NCBI GenBank assembly: GCA_964016885.1
Contig: OZ024742.1
Span: 28,086,001-28,150,000, forward strand
Reading direction: 5' to 3'
DNA length: 64,000 bases
Source of the DNA: Eledone cirrhosa
Lineage: Eukaryota
Of the stretch, positions 28,185 to 41,390 are shown piece by piece. The position numbers and the translations under genes were made by a program. How positions within the stretch are numbered: the stretch's first letter is position 1; each line of letters opens with the position of its first letter. The notes under the pieces were generated by a model. The model was not told the origin of the DNA. It saw nothing but the letters and a program-made list of their open reading frames with translations, and searched no databases.

Positions 28185-28860
28185 ATCATCCTCTTTGTCA
28201 GGCTTCCTCTTTCCAAGTTAAACCTGGGTCTTCCTTTTCCACACGTTCCTAACACTTGGATCAATTGGCAATTCTTTAACTAACTGTCATCATCCATATA
28301 CATCATCTGTCCCTACCAGCTTACTATTCTTTAACACTACATCTGGTCCCTCTTACATCAAATTTTTCTTTTCTCTCACCTCCTACTTTGTTATTCATGT
28401 ACACCAACATTGCACATCCACCAGAGCATACTGACTTCATTAGTTTCTCAATGTTGCACATGAGCCTTATTCAAGGCTCACATTTCACAACTATGCAACA
28501 TCTAACTACTTTGCAATATCACACATTGTAAATTAAAACTATACAATTTACTTTTTTTTTTTCTCTTGGAGAGAGAATCCCTTTGTTACCAGCTGAAGTA
28601 ATAGCTCCCTCATCTTTTTCTACTTTATATTTATTCTTGTTACGATACCTTTAGAGCACCTTCCTCCACTGCTAATTAAGTTACCTTGGTAACAGAAATT
28701 ACCAAGAATTTCCAGGGAACCTTACAAGTATTTCAAATAATTTATTTCATGGATGCTCTTATTGATAACTACTATATGAGCATCTGCTACATGTGAAGTC
28801 TTTCGTCTCTATCAGCCTCATGTAATATCAGTGCATCATTTGTGTATCAATAATTTACAC
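28185..28860 (-). mobile_element. Decayed RTE C-terminal fragment
   Basis: Minus strand gives FCYQGNLISSGGRCSKGIVTRI...MRELLLQLVTKGFSL, matching FRYLGNKISSGGGCSESTVARV...RELIPLLATKGFSL at 58140-58270. Confidence 0.85.
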
Positions 28861-29064
28861 TGTTGTTGCTGTTGTTGTTATAGTTGTTCATTCATATAGT
28901 GGGAATAGAAAATATGAGTGTTTACCTCATTGGATTAAAGTTGAAAAGAAAAGTTGAAAAGAAAAGAAAATTTTACATTTTTCAGACACTTTCACCCCCT
29001 GTTGAGCAATTGAGGAAATAGTTTCTATCAAGGGGAACAACTCTCAAGTCAACCTCGATCAACC

Positions 29065-29220
29065 TCAGTGTCCTACTGGTACTTTATTTTATTGACCTCA
29101 TAAGGATGAAAGGCAAAGCTAACCTCAGTGGGATTTGAACTCAGAACGTAAAGGATCATAACTCTATGCCACTAAGCATGTTGCCCAATGCTCTACCAAT
29201 ACTGCCAATCCACTACCCTG
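29065..29220 (-). mobile_element. Meta-domain-like tRNA-SINE
   Basis: Reverse complement of the 39055-39245 family; other copies or fragments at ~190-370, 31760-31860, 33575-33650, 33920-34015, 44820-44905. Confidence 0.75.
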
Positions 29221-29429
29221 TCATTTAATAATGAGACTAAACTTATGAAAAGGTTTTATCTTAAATTACATTGTTAGTATATTACTCTATTATTCTATTA
29301 CATGTTCCAACTGACAGGCTGAGGCCATGCTGGGGCACTTCCTTTTATAAATAAATATATTCATATAATGATTTCCACTGGAAACACTATGGATTTCTTA
29401 CCTTGCACTGAGTTCGATGATGAATGTGC

Positions 29430-29850
29430 TAATAATTTGATCAACAGAACAGCTTGTTCATGAAATTAGTGTGTATTACACACACATATGCACTTAAAGT
29501 AATTCTCAGGGAGATTCAGCTTAACACACAGATGATGATTGCTGGGTGAAGAAGTGCCAGGAAATCCCAGTGGAAGGAAGTTACAGTAGAGGTAAACCAA
29601 GGAAGACTTGGGTGGAAGTAGTGAGTACTGATCTCATATTGCTGAGACTCACAGGGAGGATGGCAGCATTCTGTGGCATGAAGTACCGGAGAGTACAAGA
29701 CTCCCCACTGGGCAGGACGTCAGGCCATCACAGGGTTCAATCTCCAGCTATTGCTGGTACTCATTTTCAGCTGACTATATTGGAGCAACTTGTGATGAAG
29801 TGTTTTGATCATAACCCAGTCCAGGAATTGACCACATGATGTTATGATCT
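29430..29850. mobile_element. Old minus-strand CORE-SINE remnant interrupted by an RTE 3' fragment (+, ~29530-29700)
   Basis: gtaattctcagggagatt shared with 63521; the insert encodes DDCWVKKCQEIPVEGSYSRGKPRKTWVEVV. Confidence 0.6.
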
Positions 29851-30210
29851 TAAGTCCAAAACATTACTATCTTGGAAAATACCACATTGCATAATGTGAT
29901 TGTTGGTTACCTGTATATAGGAAATAGGTGTGATGGTCGCATCTAGAAATACCTTTGATATCAGATCTGCTCAATCAAGGTTGACCTGAGGCTAGACAGA
30001 TCTACTACTACTACCAACAACCACAACCACTAGCATTACTATCTACACCACCAATACTACTAACATAAACAATACCAATTCCTTATAGTGTTTTTAAGTG
30101 AATATTTACCATTCTTCATTTTGTGAATATATATATATATATATATCATCGTTTTTACATCCGCTTTTCCATGCTTGCCTATACATATAATAATATATAT
30201 ATATAATATA

Positions 30211-30987
30211 CAATGATATTAAATAAATGGAAACTATATTTATAAAACCATATTTATTCTATTATATATATTTCAATGGCGGCACATGGCTTAGTGGTTA
30301 GAGCATTGGCCTCGCAATCGAAAGGTTGTGAGTTCAATTCTCAGACCGGGTGATGGGTTGTTTCCTTGAGCAAGACACTTTATTTCACATTGCTCCAGTT
30401 TACTCAGCTGTAGAAATGAGATGATAGGGACTGGGGTCCCTATCATTCCACTGCAAAGTAGTCGTGGAGGTGCCACAGCAAAAAGCACCCAGCACTCACT
30501 GTAAATGAGGTTGGTGTTAGGAAGGGCATCCAGCTGTAGAAATCAAGCCAGAATCAGTTCCCGTCCCGCCCTTGCAAGCAGGGAAAAGTGGACGTAAAAT
30601 GATGATGATGATATATTTCAAGGGTACCAAAAATTTTGGTACGCTATCATCAGATAAAATACAAAAGGTTTTATAAATATTTGACATGACCAAGGATGAT
30701 ATACCTTAACAGTTCAAGTTATTTCAGGGATAACTTGAACCATTAAGGTATATCATCCTTGGTCATGTCAAATATTTATAAAACATTTTGTATTTTATCT
30801 GATGATAGCGTACCAAAATTTTTGGTACCCTTGAAATATATATAATAGAATAAATATGGTTTTATAAATATAGTTTCCATTTATTTAATATCATTGAATA
30901 CTTATTCCAGAAAACTGTTGAGTGCTCTGAACCAGTTATAAACATCTACATTTGTTGGATTTCCAACAAATTAAATATCTCTTCTAC
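30211..30987. mobile_element. Fold-back (long palindromic) element with a SINE in its left arm
   Basis: After removing the SINE and one TSD copy, 30211-30896 is a near-perfect palindrome around a 7-nt loop at 30723-30729; the right arm extends to ~30987, matching 13999-14090. Confidence 0.9.
30277..30610 (+). mobile_element. Full-length CORE-type tRNA-SINE with 11-bp TSD
   Basis: A-box tggcttagtgg, B-box gagttcaattc, RTE tail; TSD atatatttcaa at 30266-30276 and 30611-30621. Confidence 0.95.
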
Positions 30988-31344
30988 ATATATATATATG
31001 TATATATATATATGTGTGTACATGTGCTGGTATGTGTATTTATGTGTGTGTGTGCTTCAATGAGACGTGTATAAATATGTGTCAGTGTGTGTGTGTGCAT
31101 ATGTATGTGTGTGTGTATATATATATGTCTGTATATATGTGTGTTTATATATATATATACAGTATATGTGTGTATCTATATATATGTATGTGTGTGTTCA
31201 GGTAGACATGTCTATTCTGTGTATTCTTCTATTCCCAGTCTATTCTCAGTCTATTAGACACTATTGTTCTCTAACCTCCTACTACACACTCTTACTGTCA
31301 CTCACAATCACTTTTATATACTGTTACATTGTTCTGTTAATGTT

Positions 31345-31760
31345 AGGGTGGTGGTGGTGGTTGTAGTGGTGGTTGATGTGGTTGTGATGGTGTTGGTGGT
31401 GGTGTTGGTGGTGGTGGTGGTGGTGGTTGTAGTGGTTGTGGTGGTGGTAGCGGTGGGAGTGGTTGTGGTGGTACTGGTGGTTGTTGTGGTTGTGGTGGTA
31501 GTGGTGGTTGTGTTGGTGATGGTTGGGATGGTTATGGTGATGGTTGGGATGATAGTTGGGATGGTTGTTGTGGTGTTGGTCGTTGTTTTGGTGGTAGTAG
31601 TGTTGGTTGTATGATTGATGTGGTTGTGGTGATGGTTGTTGTTGTTTTTATGGTGGTTGGTGGTGGTGATGGAGGTGGTGGTGGTTGTTGTAGTGAAAGG
31701 TGCTTGTGGTGGTACTTCTGATGGTAGGTGTTGTGATTGTGGTGGTGGTAGTAGTGGAGA
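31345..31760. repeat. (GGT/GTT) low-complexity tract
   Basis: Direct inspection; similar tracts at 7780-7990, 39965-40240, 41640-42225 and 48075-48295. Confidence 0.9.
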
Positions 31761-34063
31761 AAGATTAACCTCAGTAGATTTTGAACTCAGTATGTAAAGG
31801 TACGTAACTCTATGCCACAAAGCATGGTGTCCAACACTCTACCAATTCTGCCAATCAATGCACCAACTTAATAATGAGAATGCTGGTTATATTCCTGAAT
31901 CACACCAAAGTGTTGCTTGCTTTCAAAATGATTTTGGAACGATAGACATTGTCTTTCATGAGAAATATGCTAATGAAAGAGTTAATCAAGCAAGCCTGTG
32001 ATGAAAGATATTTTAACCTTGTTGAATTGACGATTATATCATACAAATTATGCAATCATATAGAGCAGTTGTACTTAATATTCGTTTGATTCATATTCCA
32101 CCATGACATGTTAAAAGTTAAAGCCCATTCTAGATTTAAAGATGCATCAGTTTCCTTGGTGTTAACACAGTCAGGATTGGATTTAGACCTTGTGGGGCCT
32201 GGGGCACTTCAGGTTTTGGTGGGGGTGGCTCATAAACCCCCAGTTTGAGATATCAAAATTAGCTTCTTCTTTCCTCTCCTGCATACTACTTCTAATTCCT
32301 CTTATATCCAGTTTCTCTGTCATTTCTCTAATGCCATGTAAATTCTGTACAATTCATTGAAAATTGTCTCTAATGTCATATACAAGTTTATAGATTCCTT
32401 TGAAAACTGTTTGCTATTGGTGCCAAGTTCCAGATTAAATAGGTACATGCCTTATTTCTGGTGTTTAGGTAACAGAACTCATACCTATTCCCCAGAAATA
32501 AAATGATTTACCATTAGACTATTCCAAGGTAAGTTAGATATTATCTGTTTTGAAACCAAACAGCCTGAAACTGTCCCTGCTTCTATGATACTAGGCTGTT
32601 ATTTTAAAGTGTTTATATTTATTTTAAAATCTTCATCATTTTCTTTAAGATATTTTGTTAAATGATGCTCCAAACACCTGATTGATGATGAGAAAGTTAG
32701 TTATATTACCAAATCCTTCCAAGTTCTTGGTTATTTTCAAAATGAATTGAAGATCATAGCTAGTGCCTATCATTAGAAATATGGTAATGAAAGGTTTAAA
32801 AAAGAAACAGTTACTACATCTCTACTGAGATATCTGCATGGCAGATAACTTCTGAGAATGTGAAATATATCTTTGATATATAAGAAAATTATATCTTTGA
32901 TATTAGAAACCATGTTGACTTCTCGGCTACCCAGCTTTACAGTGTGCAGTTGTACCACTTGCACCATCAATCAGATGCAACAATTTACAACCACACCCAC
33001 TTCAGTTTCAACATCTTTTATGACTTACACATCCTTTGATAAGTTTAACCCTTATCTACAATATTTTCACATCTTGAATGTTTAAGCCTTTTCATTACCA
33101 TGTTTCTAATGATGATGATGCAAAGTGTTAAGATAAATATAAACACTTTAAAAACAAACAGTTTTATATCATACAACAATGAGTAGTTTCAGGTGAATTG
33201 GTATGATTATAGCAAAGACCTTCATAGTGTTTCTGTAGAATAAATCTTGAGAAAGAAGTGGTTACATGTAAAGTTGTTGCATTGTAAAACAGCTGAAGTA
33301 AAGGTAAGATTGCTTTAGAAACCATTATTATTTATCAGATTTCTCTTAATCTCACCATAACAATAAATGTATGTTTGTGTATATGGTCCTGCAACTCCTG
33401 GGGAAGTCGTAGGGGCAGTGTATTGACATATGGCATTTCTGGGTTATTTCTTATTTTAGCCTGGCAGATCTCAAACCTCTCCAGGTTTGAATACAGCAGA
33501 TTTCTTCCAGAGAAGGAGAGAGAGAGAGAGAGTAATAGAAAGAAGTGAGAAAGAGACCGAGAAAGATACAACCCCAGTATTGGACTGATACTTATTCTAT
33601 CGATCTTAAAAGGATGAAAGGAAAGGTTTACCTCAGCAGCATTTGAATTCAACACAGTCCACGATGATGAGCCAGCTATGGCTTTGTTGATGGGCAACAC
33701 ACCCAAAGCTGCAGGAGGGTTGAGTCACCACCTACAGTTCAGAGGCAGGTAACACACACACACACACACACAAATCACACACACACAAAGCTGCAGGAAG
33801 GTCAACAACAATCAGCCAGCTATGGATCTATGCCAGGTAACACACACACGGACACACACACACACACACACAGAAACAAAGGGTCAGCACAGTCCACGCT
33901 GATATAATCATCAAACGGCGAAGTTAACCTCAGTGGGATTTGAACTGAGAAAGCAGAGAGCTGGGCAGATCACAACACTTTCTATCCAATATTCTAACAA
34001 TTCTGCCAATTTCCACCTGTGACAATAAATACATTATAGCAATATAGAAAGTGATGTTTAGAT

Positions 34064-34903
34064 CAGGGTTGGAATTAGACCTTGGGGCGCCTGAGGCACT
34101 TCAAATTTTTTTTTTTTTTTGGGGGGGGGGGAGGGGTCTCCTCATACATAATAATGGCTGGACCAAGGGGATGGCAAAAGGCCAGACCGTATGACCATCT
34201 TCCGGTTCTGCAGTGGCAAACCCCTCGTCTGGGATGCCACTTGCAGCGACACTTTCTCCAGCCGCAACCTGGTGCAGTCTGCGACTAACCCAGGTTCTGC
34301 TGCACATCGGGCTGAGGAGGTCAAACTCTCCAAGTACCGGTCGCTCTCCGACAGGTTTGCGGTCGTGCCTTTGGCAGTGGAGACTTCTGGTGACCTTGGC
34401 CCTAGGCTAGGGCTACCTCCCTATTCACCACCATAGGCGCTGAGCTAGCCAGCTGCAAGTGTGCGCCTCGCGAGTTGGAATGGCTCTTCCAGCGCATCTC
34501 CCTTATCATCATCTGGGGAAACGTTTTCTCCATCCTGTTCGCCGGGGCTATGGGGAGGTCAGCACGTGGGACCCCATTTGCTCACCATACGGATTAATAT
34601 GCAAAGTTATAAACTATTATAAATAAACCTATTTAATAAACCAAAAAATAAATAAATAAATAAATAAATAAAAAAATAAAACCAAAATAAATTAGAATAC
34701 ACAGCAAATCTCCCACTTTTGCATATCAAAGTTAGCTTGGAGCAAGTAATTGGAATTGAAAAGTTGTACATATTAAATTCAAAAGTTTTAACCATCCTAA
34801 AAACGCGACTGAGTGTACAAATATACTATGGTCACCACAAATGGAGCCTCCATTGAAGAGGGCCCAGAGATATTGCCTCTTTTGCCCCCCAAATCTGGTC
34901 TTG
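34064..34903. mobile_element. hAT-type MITE with 8-bp TSD, carrying a nested CRE fragment
   Basis: TSD gtttagat at 34056-34063 and 34904-34911; degenerate CAGGGCCGGATTT-like TIRs; related copies at ~32171-32240 and 35575-35853. Confidence 0.8.
34155..34680 (+). mobile_element. CRE-clade non-LTR retrotransposon 3' fragment (restriction-like endonuclease)
   Basis: GDGKRPDRMT...GKPLVWDATCSDTF...AEEVKLSKY...VPLAVETSGDLGP, then EWLFQRISL; (TAAA)n tail. Confidence 0.85.
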
Positions 34904-35122
34904 GTTTAGATCACATGGAGGTAATTTAATATGTATACTGGTACTTGTTAAGATAATGGTAAGTGAATATTAATAAGAGATAAAGATTATGAAACTAATA
35001 TTTCCATTTCCTGCCATGTTTTATAATATATTCATGTATACATGTGAGTGTGTGTGTATGTGTGGAGGGGTGTGTGTGTGGAGGTTTGTGTGTATGTGTG
35101 AAAGTTTGTGTGTATGTGTGGA

Positions 35123-35159
<37 letters not shown>

Positions 35160-35574
35160 AGGTTTGTGTGTATGTGTGGAAGTTTGTGTGTATGTGTGGA
35201 AGTTTGTGTTTGCATGTATATGTGTGTGTGCTTTGTTATGAGTGTATGTATGTGTGTGTGCTTTTGTTATGAGTGTATGTGTGTGTGTGCTTTTGTGATG
35301 AGTGTATGCATGTGTTTGTGTTTATGCATGTGTTTAAGTGTATGTGTGTTTGAATGTGTTTGTGTGTATTTTAGTTATGAGTGTGTGAATGTGTATGTTT
35401 TGCATGCATGTGAATGTGTGCTTTTGTTATGAGTGTATGTACGTCTTTGTGTGTATATTTTAATTAGGAATGTGTGAATATGTATGTGTTTGTATGTGTG
35501 TGTGTGCTTTTGTTATGAATGTATGTATGTGTTTGTGTGTATGCGTGTGTTTGTGTGTATTTTAGTTATAATTG

Positions 35575-35853
35575 TTGGGGGGACCAGGGCACTTAAAGTT
35601 TTGAGGGCCCCTTATACACAAACAAATTAGAATACACAGCAACTCTCCAATTTTACATACCAAAGTTAGATTGGCGCAAGTAATTGGAATTGAAAAGTTC
35701 TACATACAGGTATTAAATTCAAAAATTCTAACCCTCCTAAAACTAAAAAGCCCAGCTAAGGGCATAAATAAATTACTACAGCCATCGCTGGTGGGGCTCC
35801 CCATTGAAGGAGACCCACAGCTATTGTCCCCTTTGCCATTAAATCTGGCCCTG
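35575..35853. mobile_element. hAT-type MITE, partial copy without the CRE insert
   Basis: Colinear with 34090-34147 plus 34685-34903; ends aaatctggccctg. Confidence 0.75.
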
Positions 35854-36087
35854 CATGTAAGGAAACCTTAGCATTACAGAGTATATCTTCAACCCTCTAA
35901 TCTATACTACCTACAAGAGGTGTTGAACCTAGCTCTGTTAATTAACAAATCAGTTATCTACATTTTATAGAGTCACTCTGGAGTTGTTCCTACCTTATGT
36001 TTCCCATGAGAATATCTTTCATAGAATTAATCATCCACAGACCTTATCTCATCTCTACATGAGGCATGTCTCCATCCAGATGGCATG

Positions 36088-36240
36088 TAGCTTGGTGATA
36101 GAATGATACAGTAGATAGGGACATAAAAGACAAGAAGAAAGTCTGGGAAGGCTGGAAGAAAGAGAAGGAATGAATAAGGACTGATAACAGTAACTAAAAG
36201 AGAAGCCAGATGCCAGGTATATTTAGCATGGAGATAGACT
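36088..36240 (+). mobile_element. Decayed internal RTE fragment
   Basis: TVDRDIKDKKKVWEGWKK...KREARCQVYLA parallels VEESIKAKKQAWKVW...RREARRQVYFA at 56797. Confidence 0.7.
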
Positions 36241-36322
36241 GAAATTGTGTGGTTTTGTTAATGGTCGAAACAGCATAAGGGTCAGAGGAATGAGTTTCTC
36301 CTAATCTCTGGTCCTTGTATGA

Positions 36323-36380
<58 letters not shown>

Positions 36381-36668
36381 TGTAAAATGATCAGTGACTG
36401 TACCTAATGACTAGCCTACTGTTGCAGCAGAAACAAATGATGTAGAGGAGAGGCTAGAAGGGGAATTAGATGGGTAGAAGATGGAAGAGGAGGTGGTGAA
36501 GGAAGTGGAAGAGGTGAAGAAGGTGGAAGAGGAGGTGAATGTTAGTTATATTACAATTTTTGAGTATTTTCAATAACTTTTTTAACACATTCTTAGTGAC
36601 TCATTAAATATATGATAATGAAAGAGTTAAGAAATGTTTATGGTCAAGTCAGGCTTCTGTTTGCTATT

Positions 36669-37969
36669 GGTACCATGTAACCTAGTACAGCCTGCTTCTA
36701 GTACCATGTAACCTGGTACAGCCTGCTTCTAGTACCATGTAACCTAGTACAGCCTACTTCTAGTACCATGTAACCTAGTACAGCCTGCTTCTAGTAACAT
36801 GTAACCTAGTACAGCCTGCTTCTAGTACCATGTAACCTAGTACAGTCTGCTTCTAGTACCATGTAACCTAGTACAGCCTGCTTCTAATACCATGTAACCT
36901 GGTACAGCCTGCTTCTAGTACCATGTAACCTAGTACAGCCTGCTTCTAGTACCATGTAACCTAGTACAGCCTACTTCTAGTACCATGTAACCTAGTACAG
37001 CCTGCTTCTAATACCATGTAACCTGGTACAGCCTGCTTCTAGTACCATGTAACCTAGTACAGCCTACTTCTAGTACCATGTAACCTAGTACAGCCTGCTT
37101 CTAGTAACATGTAACCTAGTACAGCCTGCTTCTAGTACCATGTAACCTAGTACAGCCTACTTCTAGTACCATGTAACCTAGTACAGCCTGCTTCTAGTAC
37201 CATGTAACCTGGTACAGCCTGCTTCTAGTACCATGTAACCTAGTACAGCCTACTTCTAGTACCATGTAACCTAGTACAGCCTGCTTCTAGTAACATGTAA
37301 CCTAGTACAGCCTGCTTCTAGTACCATGTAACCTAGTACAGTCTGCTTCTAGTACCATGTAACCTAGTACAGCCTGCTTCTAATACCATGTAACCTGGTA
37401 CAGCCTGCTTCTAGTACCATGTAACCTAGTACAGCCTGCTTCTAGTACCATGTAACCTAGTACAGCCTACTTCTAGTACCATGTAACCTAGTACAGCCTG
37501 CTTCTAATACCATGTAACCTGGTACAGCCTGCTTCTAGTACCATGTAACCTAGTATAGCCTGCTTCTAGTACCATGTAACCTAGTACAGCCTGCTTCTAG
37601 TACCATGTAACCTAGTGTAGCCTGTTTCTAGTACCATGTAACCTGGTACAGCCTGCTTCTAGTACCATGTAACCTAGTACATCCTGTTTCTAGTACCATG
37701 TAACCTAGTATAGCCTGCTTCTCGTACCATGTAACCTAGTACATCCTACTTCTAGTACCATGTAACCTAGTACATCCTAATTCTAGTACCATGTAACCTA
37801 GTATAGCCTGCTTCTAGTACCATGTAACCTAGTACATCCTACTTCTAGTACCATGTAACCTAGTATAGCCTGCTTTTAGTACCATGTAACCTAGTACAGC
37901 CTGCTTTTAGTACCATGTAACCTAGTACAGCCTGTTTCTAGTACCATGTAACCTGGTACAGCCTACTTC
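36669..37969. repeat. 31-bp minisatellite, ~42 copies
   Basis: Unit tagtaccatgtaacctagtacagcctgcttc; 496-bp (16-unit) higher-order duplication. Confidence 0.97.
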
Positions 37970-39054
37970 ATCGTGGAGTTGAAGTGACTAAACCATCTCC
38001 ACCCACCATTTCCTGATCTGGTGAGGAGGGTAAGTGGAAGTCCTGCATGAAAAAAAACAACAGCTGTAAAAAGGGTGGTTGAACTCTTCAGAGTCAATGG
38101 ACATCCACCACAACTATGGGTTATACAGCCTCATCAACTTGAAATTGGCTAAGCATTTTGAGTATGGCTACACCCCTCACATAACCAAAATGAAACAGAA
38201 AGCAGTGGAAGTCAACCAGGGAGGGGTTCCTCCAACAGGAATGAGACTAGATTGGATTGGATTGGAGTAAAAAGGTCAAGAAATTAATATTTGTTTCAAC
38301 TTTATCTTCTTTTCATGAAATGTTAAGCAAATAAGAATACAAGACTTTCATTGCTACTAGTACACATATCTTTCAACTGAGTGGAAACACTAATAAAGAC
38401 AATATTTATCATCATTGTTTAATGTCCACTTTCTCTACTAGCAAGGGTTGGATTGGTTTACGTAGACCAAGTCAGTACACATCTCAAGAACACTGAACAA
38501 TTGTGTCACTCATGTTGATGATCAAGGCCATAAGTCTTTTATAGAATGGTTATTGGCTGTCTTTTATGCATATTAATAAACAAGGGACAAATACAAGGGA
38601 AAAGGGCTGGGACAGCAGAAAAGGAGATGGACAAATGATATTAAAAAATGGACAGGAAGGAGTTTGGTGGAATGTACAGCAATGGCAAGAAACAAAAAAA
38701 GATAGAGTGCTGGTCCATGATCCCTGACTCTCAGATATAATGATGGCGTGAGGCTAGGCTAAACAAGTAAATAAGTGTTGATGTTCTCTCTCTTTCCCTC
38801 ACTACCTCCGTCTCTCTCGCTCTCCCAATCTCTCACTATTATAAGCAAATGGGGTCCTATGCACTGAACTTGATAACCACAGGGCTATGCAGACACCTTC
38901 ACACTACATATTTAAGAAGCAGAATACCAAAAATAGTAAAGAGAACTGAGGAAAATCAAAAAGAAAATTATTAAATCAGTTTGATTGGAGTATGGGGCAT
39001 GGGGGGGAGGGGGAGGGGTGTATGTTAATGTAAGCGAAAAGGTTTCATTAGTAG

Positions 39055-39245
39055 ATTGGATTGGCAGTATCAGTAGAGGGTCGGACGCCATGCTTTGATG
39101 CATAGAGTTATGGCCCTTGCCATTCTGAGTTCAAATCCCGCCGAGGTTAACTTTGCCTTTCCTCCTTACGAGGTTGATAAAATAAAAGTACCAGTAATGT
39201 ACTGAGTAATTGCTGGCATTGTGCCAAAAAGTAGAAACAATTATT
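39055..39245 (+). mobile_element. Near full-length second-family tRNA-SINE (Meta-domain-like)
   Basis: A-box-like tggcagtatcagtag, B-box gagttcaaatccc, then gttaactttgcctttcctccttacgaggttgataaaataaaagtacc. The superfamily name is from recall. Confidence 0.75.
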
Positions 39246-40779
39246 AGAAAAACACAATGAAGAGTGATTGATGAGAATTATTTTTTAGAATCAGAGTAAC
39301 TACATGAGTTTGTCTGGTGGAGATGATCGTGGCCATGTTTGTTGTGTAACAACACAAAATGAAGTCAACACATGACCATGGATGAAGGTGGGGTGGTGAG
39401 ATGGGTGGGGATTTTTTTGTGTTTGTTTGTACTGGGTGGGGGTGAGAGAGAGAGATGCCACATGTAAATGATAATACCATGAGATGAGATTGTACAGGGT
39501 GGGAGAGAGAGGGAGAGAGTGGAGAAAAAGAGAGATGGGAGAGAGAGAGAGTGGCCACATGCAAATGATAAAACCTTGAGATGAGATGAGAGATGAGATG
39601 GGATAATAAAGCATACACTTGATGTGATTCTCTCTGGCAGCAACCATTATGAACTATGGTAATATCTGTGTGTATTCTTGTGTTTGCTGCAGTTGCCATT
39701 TCTACAGAACCATTAGTCTTCAAGATTCTAACTTTAAGGGATCTTTAAAGAATTTAAAGGGCTTTTAGCCTAATTACAGCCAGTTTTTGAAATCAATTCT
39801 GTATTAATTGAAGCGCTTGATTATTTGATTAGAGATATAACAAACAAAAATCCCTCGCCAAAACAACAAAATTAGAAAAACACATCAAATGTTCCTGGGA
39901 CTCCTTTTTTTTAAGGCAATTTGGTTTCATTTTCCTCTCCGTTCCGCATCTGCTAACAGGAATTGCTACCATCACTACTACCACTACCTTACCACCACAC
40001 ATACAACTATCACCACTGCTTCCACCACACAACAACATTACACCCTCCACTACCACCAACACCAACACTACAACGACCACTACCACTACAACACATAAAA
40101 ACAACACTTCCACCACACATACAACCATCACCACTGATGCCACCACACACACCACCATTGCAGCCACCACAATCACAACCACAACTATCACTACCACCAC
40201 AACTATCACCACCACCACAACCAACAAAAGCACCACCACCATATCCAAGTATTGATCCAGGAATATTTTACAATGTTTAAATTCTAATATGTCATTGATA
40301 TTTGTTAATATTGAAAATAAAGTTCTACTTGGAATTTCTGGTCATGTCTGATAGCTTACACATATACTTCACATACACATACATACACATGTACATATAT
40401 ATACACATACACAGAAGCAAACAGACATACACACAGGCAAACATACATACACACACAGACAAACACATATATATATATGTACATACATATATATACGGGC
40501 AAACATGCATACGTACACATACATGCATGCAAACACACATAAGTACATATACACTCACATACATGTACATACATATACACAGACAAACACACACATATGT
40601 ATAAACATCTACACATGGACATACATATACACACAGGCACACACATATGCATACATACACACAGACACACATGGATATATATATACACACACACATGTAT
40701 GTGCACACATATATACACACAATGCCCTCCCCACTCTCTATTAATCTATCAAGGGGTATCAGTACTATTATTTTAATAA

Positions 40780-41390
40780 TAATTGTGTCTACTTTTGGCA
40801 CAAGGCCAGCAAATCCCCAGTATATTACTGGTACTTTATTTTATCGACCCCCGTAAGGATGAAAGGCAAAGTTAACCTTGGCGGGATTTGAACTCAGATT
40901 GTAAAGGGAGGTAACTATGCTGGAAAGCATGTCCGACATTTCTACCAATACTGCCAATTCATAATAATGGTTTCTAATTTAGATACGAGGTCATCAATCT
41001 GTGGGGCGTCTGTGGTGATAATAATTACCCCAGTGCATGACAGGTACTTTATTTTACCCCCACTCACACCCCACACAGCTGAAAGAGTGAGAAACCAGGT
41101 TGATTTCAATGGTATTTGAACACAATATAAAGCGCCAGAAGAAATACTTCAAATCATCCCTTTGACTACTCCAATAATTCTGTCAATTTGGCTACTTTTG
41201 ATAATAATAGTAATTGTTTCTACTTTTGGCACAAGGCCAGCAATTACCCAGTACATTACTGGTACTTTTATTTTATCGACCCTGTAAGGATGAAAGGCAA
41301 AGTTAACCTCGGCAGGATTTGAACTCAGATCATAAAGGGACGTAACTACACTGGAAAGCATGTCTGACCCTCTACCAATACTGCCAAAAT
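40780..41390 (-). mobile_element. Cluster of three Meta-domain-like SINEs
   Basis: Copies at 40780-40960 and 41210-41385, plus a variant at ~40965-41200 similar to 46645-46800. Confidence 0.75.

Noticed and set aside
30277-30350. tRNA gene-like A/B boxes
   Set aside because: SINE head: it continues into a CORE-like body and RTE tail and is bounded by a TSD.
33335-33706. 123-aa minus-strand ORF
   Set aside because: Runs through a SINE fragment and a (GA)n tract; no supported exon boundaries.
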